A stretch of DNA of 40,671 nucleotides, taken from NCBI GenBank assembly GCA_044358425.1, contig CP054849.1, positions 487,131 to 527,801 on the forward strand, written 5' to 3'. Under the pieces are notes generated by a model, which was given only the letters and a program-made list of their open reading frames with translations, was not told the DNA's origin and searched no databases. Source of the DNA: Marine Group I thaumarchaeote. Its GTDB lineage: Archaea > Thermoproteota > Nitrososphaeria > Nitrososphaerales > Nitrosopumilaceae. Below, piece by piece: positions 8,726 through 17,940 of this stretch. The translations under genes were made by a program, and so were the position numbers. The stretch's first letter is position 1; every line of letters starts with the position of its first letter.

Positions 8726-10081
8726 ATGAAATACAAAAAATCTCTTTTTGTTTTTAGACGTGATTATAGATTAGATGATAATACTGCTTTAATTCAAGCA
8801 TGTAAAAACTCTGAACACGTGATTCTTTGTTTCTTATTTGAAAAAACTTTGTTAAATCCAAATAATCTTGTATTCTCAGAAATGCGAATTAGATTTATGA
8901 TTGATTCGTTAAAAGACTTGTTTTTACAAGCAAAACAGAAAAATTGTAATTTACTTATCAAAAATGATTCTGTTTCATCTTTTATTTCTTCATCAATAAT
9001 CGAAGATGATATTTCTGCTATTTTTATGAATAAAGATAATTCTCCATATGGTAGATTTCGTGATAATCAATTCAAAACATTTTGTGATAAAAATGAAATT
9101 GCTTTTGAACCCTCTGATGATCTTTTGTTATCTCATCCTGGTTCAGTTTTGAAAGACGACGGCACTCCTTTTCTTGTATTTACTCCATTTTATCATGCTG
9201 CCTCTAAGTTTGAAGTTAAAACTCCTGAAATTTTTTCATACAGGAATATAATAAATTCAAAACAAAATTCTGATGACACTATCTTGGAAATTGAAAAAAT
9301 TATTCCTAAAAAAACAATTCTTCAAGGAGGACGTACAAATGGATTAAAAATTTTAGAAAATTTTGATAAAATTGCAGATTATAAAGCACAAAGAAATATC
9401 CCATCTAAGCCTACTTCACAACTTTCTACGCATAATCGTTTTGGAACAATCTCTATTAGAGAAGTTTATCATGCTGCATCAAATTTTTTTGGAAGTGATC
9501 ATTCTTTTATTTCTGAATTGTATTGGCGAGATTTCTTTTCACATTTGATGTATCACTTTCCTTATTCTCAAAAAAAGGAATTTCAAAAAAAATTTCAAAA
9601 TTTAAAGTGGTCTCAAAATATAAAAAAATTTGAAAAATGGAGTAATGGGATGACTGGTTTTCCTATGGTTGATGCTGGTATGCGTGAATTAAAACAAACT
9701 GGTTTCATTCACAATCGTTCTAGGATGATTGCTGCTTCTTTTCTTACAAAGGATCTTCAATGTGATTGGAGACTTGGAGAACGACATTTTGCAAAATATT
9801 TGATTGACTATGATCCTTGTGTAAATGCTGGAAGTTGGCAATGGTCTGCATCAACCGGATGGGACCCAAAACCTAATAGAATTTTTAATCCTTGGTTACA
9901 ACAAAAAAAATTTGATCCAGAATGTATTTACATCAAAAAATGGATTCCTGAATTATCTGAATTGACTGTTAATCAGATACATAACATTGAATCAAAACCT
10001 TTGGATCCTTCAATAAATTATCCAAGACCTATGGTAAATCATAGAAGTGAATTTACTCGTTCTAAACTAATGTTTAGGTAG
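8726..10081 (+). CDS. phr: CPD (deoxyribodipyrimidine) photolyase
   Basis: FRRDYRLDDN, TSQLS, ELYWRDF, GFPMVDAGMREL, HNRSRM, DWR.G, N...WQW, RIFNP..Q..KFDP; Trp triad positions present. Confidence 0.93.
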   Translation: MKYKKSLFVFRRDYRLDDNTALIQACKNSEHVILCFLFEKTLLNPNNLVFSEMRIRFMIDSLKDLFLQAKQKNCNLLIKNDSVSSFISSSIIEDDISAIFMNKDNSPYGRFRDNQFKTFCDKNEIAFEPSDDLLLSHPGSVLKDDGTPFLVFTPFYHAASKFEVKTPEIFSYRNIINSKQNSDDTILEIEKIIPKKTILQGGRTNGLKILENFDKIADYKAQRNIPSKPTSQLSTHNRFGTISIREVYHAASNFFGSDHSFISELYWRDFFSHLMYHFPYSQKKEFQKKFQNLKWSQNIKKFEKWSNGMTGFPMVDAGMRELKQTGFIHNRSRMIAASFLTKDLQCDWRLGERHFAKYLIDYDPCVNAGSWQWSASTGWDPKPNRIFNPWLQQKKFDPECIYIKKWIPELSELTVNQIHNIESKPLDPSINYPRPMVNHRSEFTRSKLMFR

Positions 10082-10144
10082 ATTGATATCAAATCTTAAC
10101 TGATATTATGGATATTTTTTATATTGATAGATTGACTATAATTT

Positions 10145-11962
10145 ATGATCATTGTTGCTGATACTAGTGTTATCATTAATGGTAATCTTGTTCAACAAAT
10201 TGAATCTGGTGATATTAGAAATACTGACTTAATTATTCCACAGGCAGTATTCGATGAACTTCAATCTCAAGCTTCCAATCACAAACAACAGGGTTTTGTC
10301 GGATTAGAACAAATTGAAAAACTGAATAAATTATCTGAAAACTCTGGAGTGAAAATTCTCTTGAAAGGTTCTCATCCTGACATAAATGATATTAAATTTG
10401 CGTCAAGTGGAAGAATTGATGCTTTAATTATTGACATAGCAAAACAAAATGATGCAATTCTTTATACCTCTGATAAGGTCCAACATTTAGTTGCAAAAGC
10501 TGAAGATGTTCAAACTGTATTTTTAAAACCTAAGGTAGTTTTTGAAAAACTTGAATTCTTAAAATTCTTTGACAGCACAACAATGAGTATTCATCTCAAA
10601 GAAAACCAATTTCCTCTTGCTAAAAGAGGAAAACCTGGGGAATTTTTGCTTACTCAAATTAATGATGAAGTATTAACGAGGGATTATTTGAAAATGATTT
10701 CTTCTCAAATACTATCTGCTACCAATATTTCTGACTCTAGTACTGTTGAAATTTCTAAAACTGGTGCATCTGTGATTCAACATGATGATTATCGTATTGC
10801 AATTACTTACCCTCCATTTTCTGAATCATATGAAATAACTATTGTTCATCCCACTGTCCAATTATCCCTTGATGACTATTCAATTTCTGAATCATTAATG
10901 CAACGTTTAACTGATAGGGCTGAAGGAATTGTTATTTCTGGAGCTCCTGGTTCTGGAAAAAGTACTTTGGCATCTGGTTTAGCAAATTTTTATCATCAGC
11001 AAGGAAAAATTGTTAAAACATTTGAATCTCCTAGGGATTTACAAGTAAATTCTGGAATTACTCAGTACAGCAAATTAGATGGGAGCTTTGATAATACTGC
11101 AGACATATTATTGCTTGTTAGACCTGATTATACTATTTTTGATGAAGTACGTAGAAAAGAGGATTTTACTACTTTTTCTGATTTACGATTAACTGGAGTT
11201 GGAATGGTTGGTGTAATTCATGCTAATTCCCCTTTAGATGCAATTCAAAGATTTATTGGAAAAATTGAACTTGGTATAATTCCAAATGTATTGGATACTG
11301 TTGTATTCGTTAACAATGGTGATATTGAAAAAGTCTATGATCTAGAATTAAAGGTAAAAGTTCCTACAGGTATGACTGAATCTGATCTGGCAAGACCTGT
11401 AATTGAAATAAGAAATTTTGAAAATAATGATTTAGAACATGAAATCTATACTTTTGGCGAAGAAAATGTCATTGTTCCTGTACAACAACGTGGAGAAAAA
11501 GTTGGAATTGAAAAATTAGCTGAAGATAAAATTAAAGACTATTTTCAGAGATATGATTCTAATGTACAAGTTGATATTTTGTCAGCTAATCGTGTAAAAG
11601 TTAGTGTACATGAAGACTGTATTGCATCTATAATTGGAAGAGGAGGCTCAAATATTGATGAAATTGAAAAATTACTTAAAGTTCACATTGATGTTGTTGC
11701 CAAAGATTCTGAAGAATTATCTTTAACTTCAAATGATCTTCCTTTTAGTTTTTCAGAATCTAAAACTGCATTATTGTTAACTGTAAATCGGGAATTCACA
11801 TCTCTACATGCTGATATTTATCTTCATGGAAAATTCTTTTCATCTGTTAGAATTGGTAAAAAAGGACAAATCAAAATTCCAAAACGTTCTGATATTGGAA
11901 GGAATTTATTAAATCAAACTTCTTCCCAAAACGATATTCAGCTATATCTTAAAGATTTTTAA
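10145..11962 (+). CDS. PIN-domain + P-loop ATPase + KH protein (PINA-like, PINc/VapC ATPase)
   Basis: N-terminal VADTS PIN motif, GAPGSGKST, ESPRDL, RPDY..FDEVR, C-terminal KH IIGRGG. Confidence 0.92.
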   Translation: MIIVADTSVIINGNLVQQIESGDIRNTDLIIPQAVFDELQSQASNHKQQGFVGLEQIEKLNKLSENSGVKILLKGSHPDINDIKFASSGRIDALIIDIAKQNDAILYTSDKVQHLVAKAEDVQTVFLKPKVVFEKLEFLKFFDSTTMSIHLKENQFPLAKRGKPGEFLLTQINDEVLTRDYLKMISSQILSATNISDSSTVEISKTGASVIQHDDYRIAITYPPFSESYEITIVHPTVQLSLDDYSISESLMQRLTDRAEGIVISGAPGSGKSTLASGLANFYHQQGKIVKTFESPRDLQVNSGITQYSKLDGSFDNTADILLLVRPDYTIFDEVRRKEDFTTFSDLRLTGVGMVGVIHANSPLDAIQRFIGKIELGIIPNVLDTVVFVNNGDIEKVYDLELKVKVPTGMTESDLARPVIEIRNFENNDLEHEIYTFGEENVIVPVQQRGEKVGIEKLAEDKIKDYFQRYDSNVQVDILSANRVKVSVHEDCIASIIGRGGSNIDEIEKLLKVHIDVVAKDSEELSLTSNDLPFSFSESKTALLLTVNREFTSLHADIYLHGKFFSSVRIGKKGQIKIPKRSDIGRNLLNQTSSQNDIQLYLKDF

Positions 11963-12413
11963 AATTATCAATAATTTTTGGATTTGCTTTTAGAAAAGTA
12001 ATGAATTTTCTTAATTGTTTGATTGTTTTTGGATTAAGGTGATGTTCAATTCCTTCAGTATCTTGATTTGCAGTATCGTATCCTACTCCTAAAATCTCGA
12101 AGAATTCTAACAATATTCCATGGTTTTGTCTAATTCCTTCTGCAATTTGAATTCCTTTCTTTGTTAGATTAATTCCATGATATTTTTCATATTCTAAAAA
12201 TTTTCCTTCATCTAATCTCTGTAGCATTTTAGTAACACTTGGGGCACTAACGTTCATGTATCTTGAAATATCTAATGTTGTAGCATAACCTTTCAGTTCT
12301 ACTAATTCTGAAATAATTTCTAAATAATCTTCCATTCTGGAACTTGATCGTGTTTTCTCCACTTCATGTGCCGCTTTAATTGAATCTAATCTCTTTGAGT
12401 TTTTATTTTTCAT
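11949..12413 (-). CDS. DtxR/MntR family metal-dependent transcriptional regulator
   Basis: EDYLE.I, VSAPSVTKM HTH, H..L..F, EGIEHH. Confidence 0.93.
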   Translation of the reverse strand: MKNKNSKRLDSIKAAHEVEKTRSSSRMEDYLEIISELVELKGYATTLDISRYMNVSAPSVTKMLQRLDEGKFLEYEKYHGINLTKKGIQIAEGIRQNHGILLEFFEILGVGYDTANQDTEGIEHHLNPKTIKQLRKFITFLKANPKIIDNFKNL

Positions 12414-12541
12414 CTATTCTTGTTATGATCAATAATCTACTATAATTTTATGTCTGTTTGACTTAGTTATTCTTTGTTGACTTGAGGGTAATCATTGTTT
12501 ATCTTTGAATCTTAACTAATTTTTTCTAAAATAATGTTGAA

Positions 12542-12892
12542 ATGAATGATCCGTTAAAGGCACGACTAGCAAAATTACAAAAATTTTCAGAATCTGCTAA
12601 GCGTAGGGCTGATCTTTACTCTGACATTGCTAAAATGGATGATTCTAAAACAGCTCGTTCTTTAGGGGCTTTACAAAAAGCACCTGCCCCAGGCAAAAAA
12701 CTTCAAAAAATTGGATTTTTGATGTTATGGATTCCTGAACCCACTGGAGTAACTTGTGCAATAGGTGGGCCAATGATAGTTGCTGGAAGGTATTTGGATA
12801 AAAAATACAACGGAAGTACTATTCATGATATTGGTCATCATACTAAAAACACTATTTCTACCATTAGTGATTTTAGAAAAACTGTTAGTTAA
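12542..12892 (+). CDS. Hypothetical protein with hydrophobic hairpin
   Basis: 116-aa ORF containing GFLMLWIPEPTGVTCAIGGPMIVAG. Confidence 0.7.
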   Translation: MNDPLKARLAKLQKFSESAKRRADLYSDIAKMDDSKTARSLGALQKAPAPGKKLQKIGFLMLWIPEPTGVTCAIGGPMIVAGRYLDKKYNGSTIHDIGHHTKNTISTISDFRKTVS

Positions 12893-12930
12893 CACACTGA
12901 GTTTTTAATAGGATTGAACTAATCTAGATT

Positions 12931-13425
12931 ATGACTACTAAGGCACAAGCACTGATCCCCATATTCATTGCTGCTGTAATTATTGGTTCTATTGGATTGT
13001 TAACCCTGCCAAGTGAGATAAAGCTTGAACAAGTCAAATTTCCTAAAGGTATGATTAAAGTTGATAACACTTTACTTGAAGTACAGATAGCTGATACTGA
13101 ACCCACTCGTGTTCGTGGATTGATGTTTCAAGATCAATTGCCATTAGATCAAGGAATGCTTTTTGTATTCCCAGAACAGGGATTGTATTCATTATGGATG
13201 CTTAACATGCAATTTGAACTGGATATGATTTGGTTTGATGGTGATGGAAAGGTTGTTCACATCAAAACAAATGTGCCACCTTGTGTAATCCCTGTTGAAA
13301 TTGCAGCTGGATGTCCTAGTTTTGTACCTGATGGTGAAGCAACATATATTCTTGAAGTCACATCCGGATTTGTAGAACAAAATAACATTACAAAAGATTC
13401 TATTATGGAAATAATTTCTATCTAG
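12931..13425 (+). CDS. DUF192 family protein, membrane-anchored
   Basis: VQIADT...R.RGLM, GMLFVF, WM.NM...LDMIW, YILEV.SG. Confidence 0.9.
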   Translation: MTTKAQALIPIFIAAVIIGSIGLLTLPSEIKLEQVKFPKGMIKVDNTLLEVQIADTEPTRVRGLMFQDQLPLDQGMLFVFPEQGLYSLWMLNMQFELDMIWFDGDGKVVHIKTNVPPCVIPVEIAAGCPSFVPDGEATYILEVTSGFVEQNNITKDSIMEIISI

Positions 13426-13466
13426 AATTGCAAAACCTTATCTTATAATCTATTTTTAAATAATTA

Positions 13467-14096
13467 TTGAATTCTAAAATTATAATTCCTATAATTGTAA
13501 TAATCATCTCTGCTGCTGCTATCTTTTTAATTCCTGAAGAATCTTCTATGCCTTCTTCGGAAAATCTCTATCAATATGGATTTACATTTTATGATGTTGA
13601 AAAAATAAAGACATCCTTATCTGAAGAAAATATTTTCATGTCTACTCCTAGTCCTGTTACCGATCATACTATTGGAAATTACTGTGCAATTCGTGACGAT
13701 ATTTTATCTAAAATTAGTTATTGCACAACAACTGCCATACAAGGTCCTGATGGTAGATCTCTAGGAAATATTAGCATGGGTGGTGTTCCTGATAATCCTA
13801 TTATGGCAATTGCTGTTATTGAATCCAAACCCTTTGTAAATTCCAAATCTGATGAAGTCAAAATTGTTTTTGAAAGTATGATTGAATCTTTGGTATGTGA
13901 CTGTTGGAATGAAAAACAGCCTGGAGGCTTTGAGTCTATTGAGGCTTGGATAGATGCTGCTGAAATAAAATATGTGGAATCATCTCAAACAACTCCTTTG
14001 AAATCTACTGTTGATGGATTGGGTGATGAAACGTTGATTTTAGAAATTACTACTAAAAATGAGTCATATTTGTGGACTTTAATTGTTCTAAAGTAG
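13467..14096 (+). CDS. Membrane-anchored hypothetical protein
   Basis: N-terminal TM helix; Cys-containing extracytoplasmic domain (LVCDCW). Confidence 0.75.
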   Translation: MNSKIIIPIIVIIISAAAIFLIPEESSMPSSENLYQYGFTFYDVEKIKTSLSEENIFMSTPSPVTDHTIGNYCAIRDDILSKISYCTTTAIQGPDGRSLGNISMGGVPDNPIMAIAVIESKPFVNSKSDEVKIVFESMIESLVCDCWNEKQPGGFESIEAWIDAAEIKYVESSQTTPLKSTVDGLGDETLILEITTKNESYLWTLIVLK

Positions 14097-14121
14097 TCTA
14101 ATATATGATAAAATTATTTGA

Positions 14122-14925
14122 TTGGCGATTACAATGATTGATCAATTATGGTTAATTCCTTTGGGATTTGCAGCTGGAATTTTGGGTTCTATGATAGGAC
14201 TTGGAGGTGGGATTATTGTTGTTCCTGTCTTAACTTTTTTAGGAATTCCTCCTACTGTTGCTGCAAGTAATAGTCTTTTTGCTGCATTTAGTAATTCAAT
14301 AGCTTCTACAATATCTTACTCAAAACAAAAAAGAATTGAATATTCTTTAGGATTAAAACTTGGATTACTTGCAATTCCTGGTACTATTCTTGGTGCAGTT
14401 ATTTCTACAGATGTTGCTCCTGATATTTTTAAAATTCTGTTTGGTTTTGTATTAATTGCATCTTCAGTTTACATTTTTGTTAGAAAGCAAGTTGAATCAA
14501 AAGAAAAAATAATTTCAAAACAATTAATTCTTCTTATCATTGGTTCAAGCTTTTTTGCAGGAATTATTTCATCCTTTTTTGGAATAGGTGGAGGAATTAT
14601 CTTTGTTCCATTAATGGTTGTTGGTATGGGAATGTCTATGAAACGAGCTGCTCCAACTTCACAATTTATTTTATTATTTGCATCATTATCTGGAGTGATT
14701 GTTCACAGTATTTTGGGACATCCTGATTTTCTTCAGTCTGGATTCTTAGCAATTGGTGCCTTTTTTGGAGGATTAGTTGGTGCCAAATTATCTATAAGTA
14801 TTAAGGAACGTAATTTGAAAATTCTAATTTCAATAGTTCTTGTAATCACTGCTGTAAAATTATTTTTTGATTCTTTACAAGTGGTTCCTTTTTTTAGCCT
14901 CAAAAATTTTTTTATCCTTTTATAG
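14122..14925 (+). CDS. TauE/SafE family transporter (start may be ATG 14134)
   Basis: Duplicated G(L/I)GGG...VP motifs; multi-TM. Confidence 0.9.
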   Translation: MAITMIDQLWLIPLGFAAGILGSMIGLGGGIIVVPVLTFLGIPPTVAASNSLFAAFSNSIASTISYSKQKRIEYSLGLKLGLLAIPGTILGAVISTDVAPDIFKILFGFVLIASSVYIFVRKQVESKEKIISKQLILLIIGSSFFAGIISSFFGIGGGIIFVPLMVVGMGMSMKRAAPTSQFILLFASLSGVIVHSILGHPDFLQSGFLAIGAFFGGLVGAKLSISIKERNLKILISIVLVITAVKLFFDSLQVVPFFSLKNFFILL

Positions 14926-14968
14926 TAATTTTTTGAAATAAGTTGTTCGTTGGGTCTTTTGATCTAAT

Positions 14969-15000
14969 GGCTGAGGAGACTAGTCGGCTCCTTAGTTTTT
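14969..15000 (+). terminator. Stem-loop followed by T-run; terminator-like element or 3' end of a small RNA
   Basis: GGCTGAGGAG-actagtcgg-CTCCTTAGTT followed by TTT; lies between convergent genes. Confidence 0.4.
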
Positions 15001-15005
15001 CTTAA

Positions 15006-15458
15006 TTATTTTTCTGGTTCTTTTTTAATTCTGTAAATATTTTTTTTAGAAATTACTATTGTTTCATTGTCTTGTGTACTGCCTTCAAAATCAATTATTA
15101 TTTTTCCAAATTGTTCATCTATCTCTTCTTTTTGAACAATTGTAAATTTTAACTTTAAAACTTGATCTGTATACAAAGGCTTTAGAAATCTAGTATTTCT
15201 ATTTCCCCATTCTGTATCTCCATCTGTCCCTGAAAATATTATTTGATTTCCATAAATTTGATTTAATCTTGTGAATTCTCCTTCCATTCTTGACAAAATT
15301 GCTCTGCCTGAAACTAACTGACTTCCTTCGTTTATTTTATTTTCTAAAAATACATTTTTGATTCTAGAAAATTTAAGGTATTCTTCTAATTCATCATCTG
15401 AAATACTACATGTTGAATAAAATGATTCACCAATAATGAATTCTGAAAACTTTTTCAT
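15006..15458 (-). CDS. Hot-dog fold (MaoC-like) protein, catalytic motif degenerate
   Basis: F.IGE.F, TRFLKPLY.D..L strand typical of MaoC-like proteins; D-x4-H motif absent. Confidence 0.65.
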   Translation of the reverse strand: MKKFSEFIIGESFYSTCSISDDELEEYLKFSRIKNVFLENKINEGSQLVSGRAILSRMEGEFTRLNQIYGNQIIFSGTDGDTEWGNRNTRFLKPLYTDQVLKLKFTIVQKEEIDEQFGKIIIDFEGSTQDNETIVISKKNIYRIKKEPEK

Positions 15459-15460
15459 TC

Positions 15461-17227
15461 TTATCTTGTTTCATCAACACAGAATGTTACTTCTGCAGAT
15501 GAAGCTGCATTTTCTGAAACTAAGAAATTAAATGCATCAGCAATTTTCTGATTATCTGGTTCTGCCCCTGTGACTGAACCTGGGAAAACTGTGAACATTC
15601 TAATTTTTGATTTCAAAACATCACTTAACTCTTGATTTACGGTTGTAGTAAATGGTCTTAATGCCCCTCTGAAAACTTCAACTTGAGCTCTTTGTGTTCC
15701 AGTTACTTTACGTCCAATTGGTAAATCTGGACCAATTATCATAATTGCCCCTTTGGTGTCTTTGTATAATCTTGGGTCTTTGTCTCCTCCTGGAACAAAA
15801 TGCTCTAGTGCTCTTTGGGCTACTGTTGCTGGGGTCGAAATGAATTTTGCAACTAATTCTTCCCATCCTGCTCTGTTTAATTCTGTTAATTTTCCTATTT
15901 CTGGAAGTTTTCCAGTTACATGAATTACTCCTAAAATATCTCCTAGGTTTGTCTTGGCAGTATTGAGCCATCTTTGCATTTCTTCAGGATTTGTAATGTC
16001 TACAACATGTGAATGGAATTTGCTACTGATATATTCTTGAACATCTGTTGGAGTTGACTGTGAAATGAAACATGCTACTTTACCGCCGTTTTTCTCAACA
16101 TGCTGTGCTAAGAACTCGACTCTTTCAGCATCTGTTTTATCAGTACCATCAATTGCAAAAACAACTGATTTACCTGAAAAGTCTGGCTGATGAACTCCTG
16201 GAGCTGTTGTTCCAATATGTGGTTTTACTGGATAAAATACTCTATCTCCTGGAATAACTTTTCCGTTAAGGATTTTGGCAATTTCATCATCACACAAATT
16301 TAGAACTGATTCTGATACTTGTGTCTGAGCTAAAAATTCTCTGTTAGCAATCATATGTGATGTATTGTTTTGAACTTTTTCAGCAATTGTTTGAATTTTT
16401 GTAAGTAAATTTGTAAATGTCTCTGTTAGTTTTGCAACATCTTTTCCATTTGCTAATTTCTCAGCAGTTTTTGCAATTCCTTCTTTGTCAATTCCATCTG
16501 CAAGAATACATTCTAACAAATCATCTTTTGCTTCTTCAACTTCTGTAGGACTTAAGTCTTCAAATCCGCTAACTCTCATGAATTCAGCTGCAGCTTTTGG
16601 ATATACTGTTTTGTAAATTCTATCTGAGTGTACTGGGCCTGGGTTTGTTGCAATTGATATGATTCCTTTGTCAGTTAATTCCCATGACATTGCTTCAGCA
16701 AGTCTATTTTTAGCTCCTTGTGATGCTGTATATGGACTTCTAAATCTGTAAGGTCTTTGTTCAAGTGGTCTTTCTTCTGTAAAGAATGTTGAAATTGTGA
16801 TAATTTTTCCACCTTCTTTCATTACTTTTAGTGCTTGAACTGAACCCCAAAATGTACCTGTTAGATGAATTGCAATTGTACTTTTGAAATCTTTTAATGG
16901 TGAATTTGGAAAACATGTTACAGGACCTGAAACTCCTGCATTGTTAATAATATAATCTACGTTAACATTGTCATTTTTTAGTGCATCAAACATTGAGGTC
17001 ATTGCTGATTCGTCTGCAACATCTACTCCGGCAAAAATTTTAACAGATGCACCACTATTTTTATTTGAAATAATTTGTTCTAGATCTTTTGATGCTTCTT
17101 CTAATGGTTCTTTTCTTCTACCTAAAATAATCACACTTGCACCATTTTCAACAAATTTAGTAGCTATGGCCTTACCAATTCCTGTACCACTACCTGTAAT
17201 TAATGCAGTTTTACCTTGGAATTTCAA
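15461..17227 (-). CDS. Two-domain SDR oxidoreductase, malonyl-CoA reductase C-fragment-like (start re-assigned to TTG 17227, 588 aa)
   Basis: MKFQGKTALITGSGTGIG, GRR, INNAG, PYRFRSPY, PGPVHSDRI, plus a second degenerate SDR domain. The ORF-track start at 17359 overlaps the divergent gene. Confidence 0.85.
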   Translation of the reverse strand: MKFQGKTALITGSGTGIGKAIATKFVENGASVIILGRRKEPLEEASKDLEQIISNKNSGASVKIFAGVDVADESAMTSMFDALKNDNVNVDYIINNAGVSGPVTCFPNSPLKDFKSTIAIHLTGTFWGSVQALKVMKEGGKIITISTFFTEERPLEQRPYRFRSPYTASQGAKNRLAEAMSWELTDKGIISIATNPGPVHSDRIYKTVYPKAAAEFMRVSGFEDLSPTEVEEAKDDLLECILADGIDKEGIAKTAEKLANGKDVAKLTETFTNLLTKIQTIAEKVQNNTSHMIANREFLAQTQVSESVLNLCDDEIAKILNGKVIPGDRVFYPVKPHIGTTAPGVHQPDFSGKSVVFAIDGTDKTDAERVEFLAQHVEKNGGKVACFISQSTPTDVQEYISSKFHSHVVDITNPEEMQRWLNTAKTNLGDILGVIHVTGKLPEIGKLTELNRAGWEELVAKFISTPATVAQRALEHFVPGGDKDPRLYKDTKGAIMIIGPDLPIGRKVTGTQRAQVEVFRGALRPFTTTVNQELSDVLKSKIRMFTVFPGSVTGAEPDNQKIADAFNFLVSENAASSAEVTFCVDETR

Positions 17228-17323
17228 GTTAAAAAAATAAAAAACTTTTGCATATTTATTTGGATTGATCTCTAGGGCTTTTTTCTTGATATCTTTATTT
17301 GTGGGTATGTTGAGAGTTTTTTT

Positions 17324-17560
17324 ATGCATGATACCGAATCTGACACTTTTATCTATCAAACATGGCCTGAAAAATTCAGTGATATGCTAAAAGAGATCGG
17401 TGTAGATTCTGAATCTAAAGAAATTGCCACGGATGAAGTTGAACATGATGATTACTATAGTAGATATTTTTCTCAAACTCCTAGAATGGTTACAAATAAG
17501 GGGTGTATTGAAATTAAAAATTCAAATATTGACGTCGTACAAATAATTCAAAAGGGATAA
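17324..17560 (+). CDS. Small acidic hypothetical protein
   Basis: 78-aa ORF with TTTAT box about 30 nt upstream; host-like codons. Confidence 0.7.
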   Translation: MHDTESDTFIYQTWPEKFSDMLKEIGVDSESKEIATDEVEHDDYYSRYFSQTPRMVTNKGCIEIKNSNIDVVQIIQKG

Positions 17561-17562
17561 TT

Positions 17563-17940
17563 ATGCAAGATCCAAATCCACTTCCTTGGGGCGCTTTAGA
17601 TAGATTTCAAGCACAATTTATTGTAAGAAAAAATGCTGGTTCTTCTGGTGTTAATTATACTGCAAAGACATCTTTGAGTACTAAAGGTCATTTTGGTTCA
17701 AAAGTAATTACTAAGGTAGAATGGACTGGCTATGGTGATTTAGCTACTAAATTGAATTCTGATTCTGAATTAAATGAAATGATTGCAAAACAAACCATAA
17801 AGGATGCAACAATCTATGTTGAACCTACTGATACAGCAATTCGAATTCGTGGTAAATGGGATAATCATATTTCATTTGGAATAACCAAAGAACTCTTTGA
17901 AATTTATGACCGCATTGCAGGTCACATTAAATCTGTTTAA
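17563..17940 (+). CDS. Hypothetical protein
   Basis: 125-aa ORF 2 nt after the previous gene. Confidence 0.72.
   Translation: MQDPNPLPWGALDRFQAQFIVRKNAGSSGVNYTAKTSLSTKGHFGSKVITKVEWTGYGDLATKLNSDSELNEMIAKQTIKDATIYVEPTDTAIRIRGKWDNHISFGITKELFEIYDRIAGHIKSV

Noticed and set aside
10145-11962. VapC toxin or secretion-system ATPase
   Set aside because: The PIN-ATPase-KH architecture is the conserved archaeal PINA family; no antitoxin or pilus genes are nearby
14971-14995. Hammerhead ribozyme (CTGAGGA resembles CUGANGA) or 12-aa ORF MAEETSRLLSFS
   Set aside because: No GAAA core after stem II and no stems I/III; the ORF is too short to support
17228-17359. N-terminal 44 aa of the 632-aa SDR ORF in the track
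   Set aside because: It overlaps the divergent gene and promoter region; the SDR fold begins right after the in-frame TTG at 17227
17324-17940. Frameshifted or split single gene
   Set aside because: Clean TAA-TT-ATG junction without a slippery sequence, consistent with an ordinary two-gene operon
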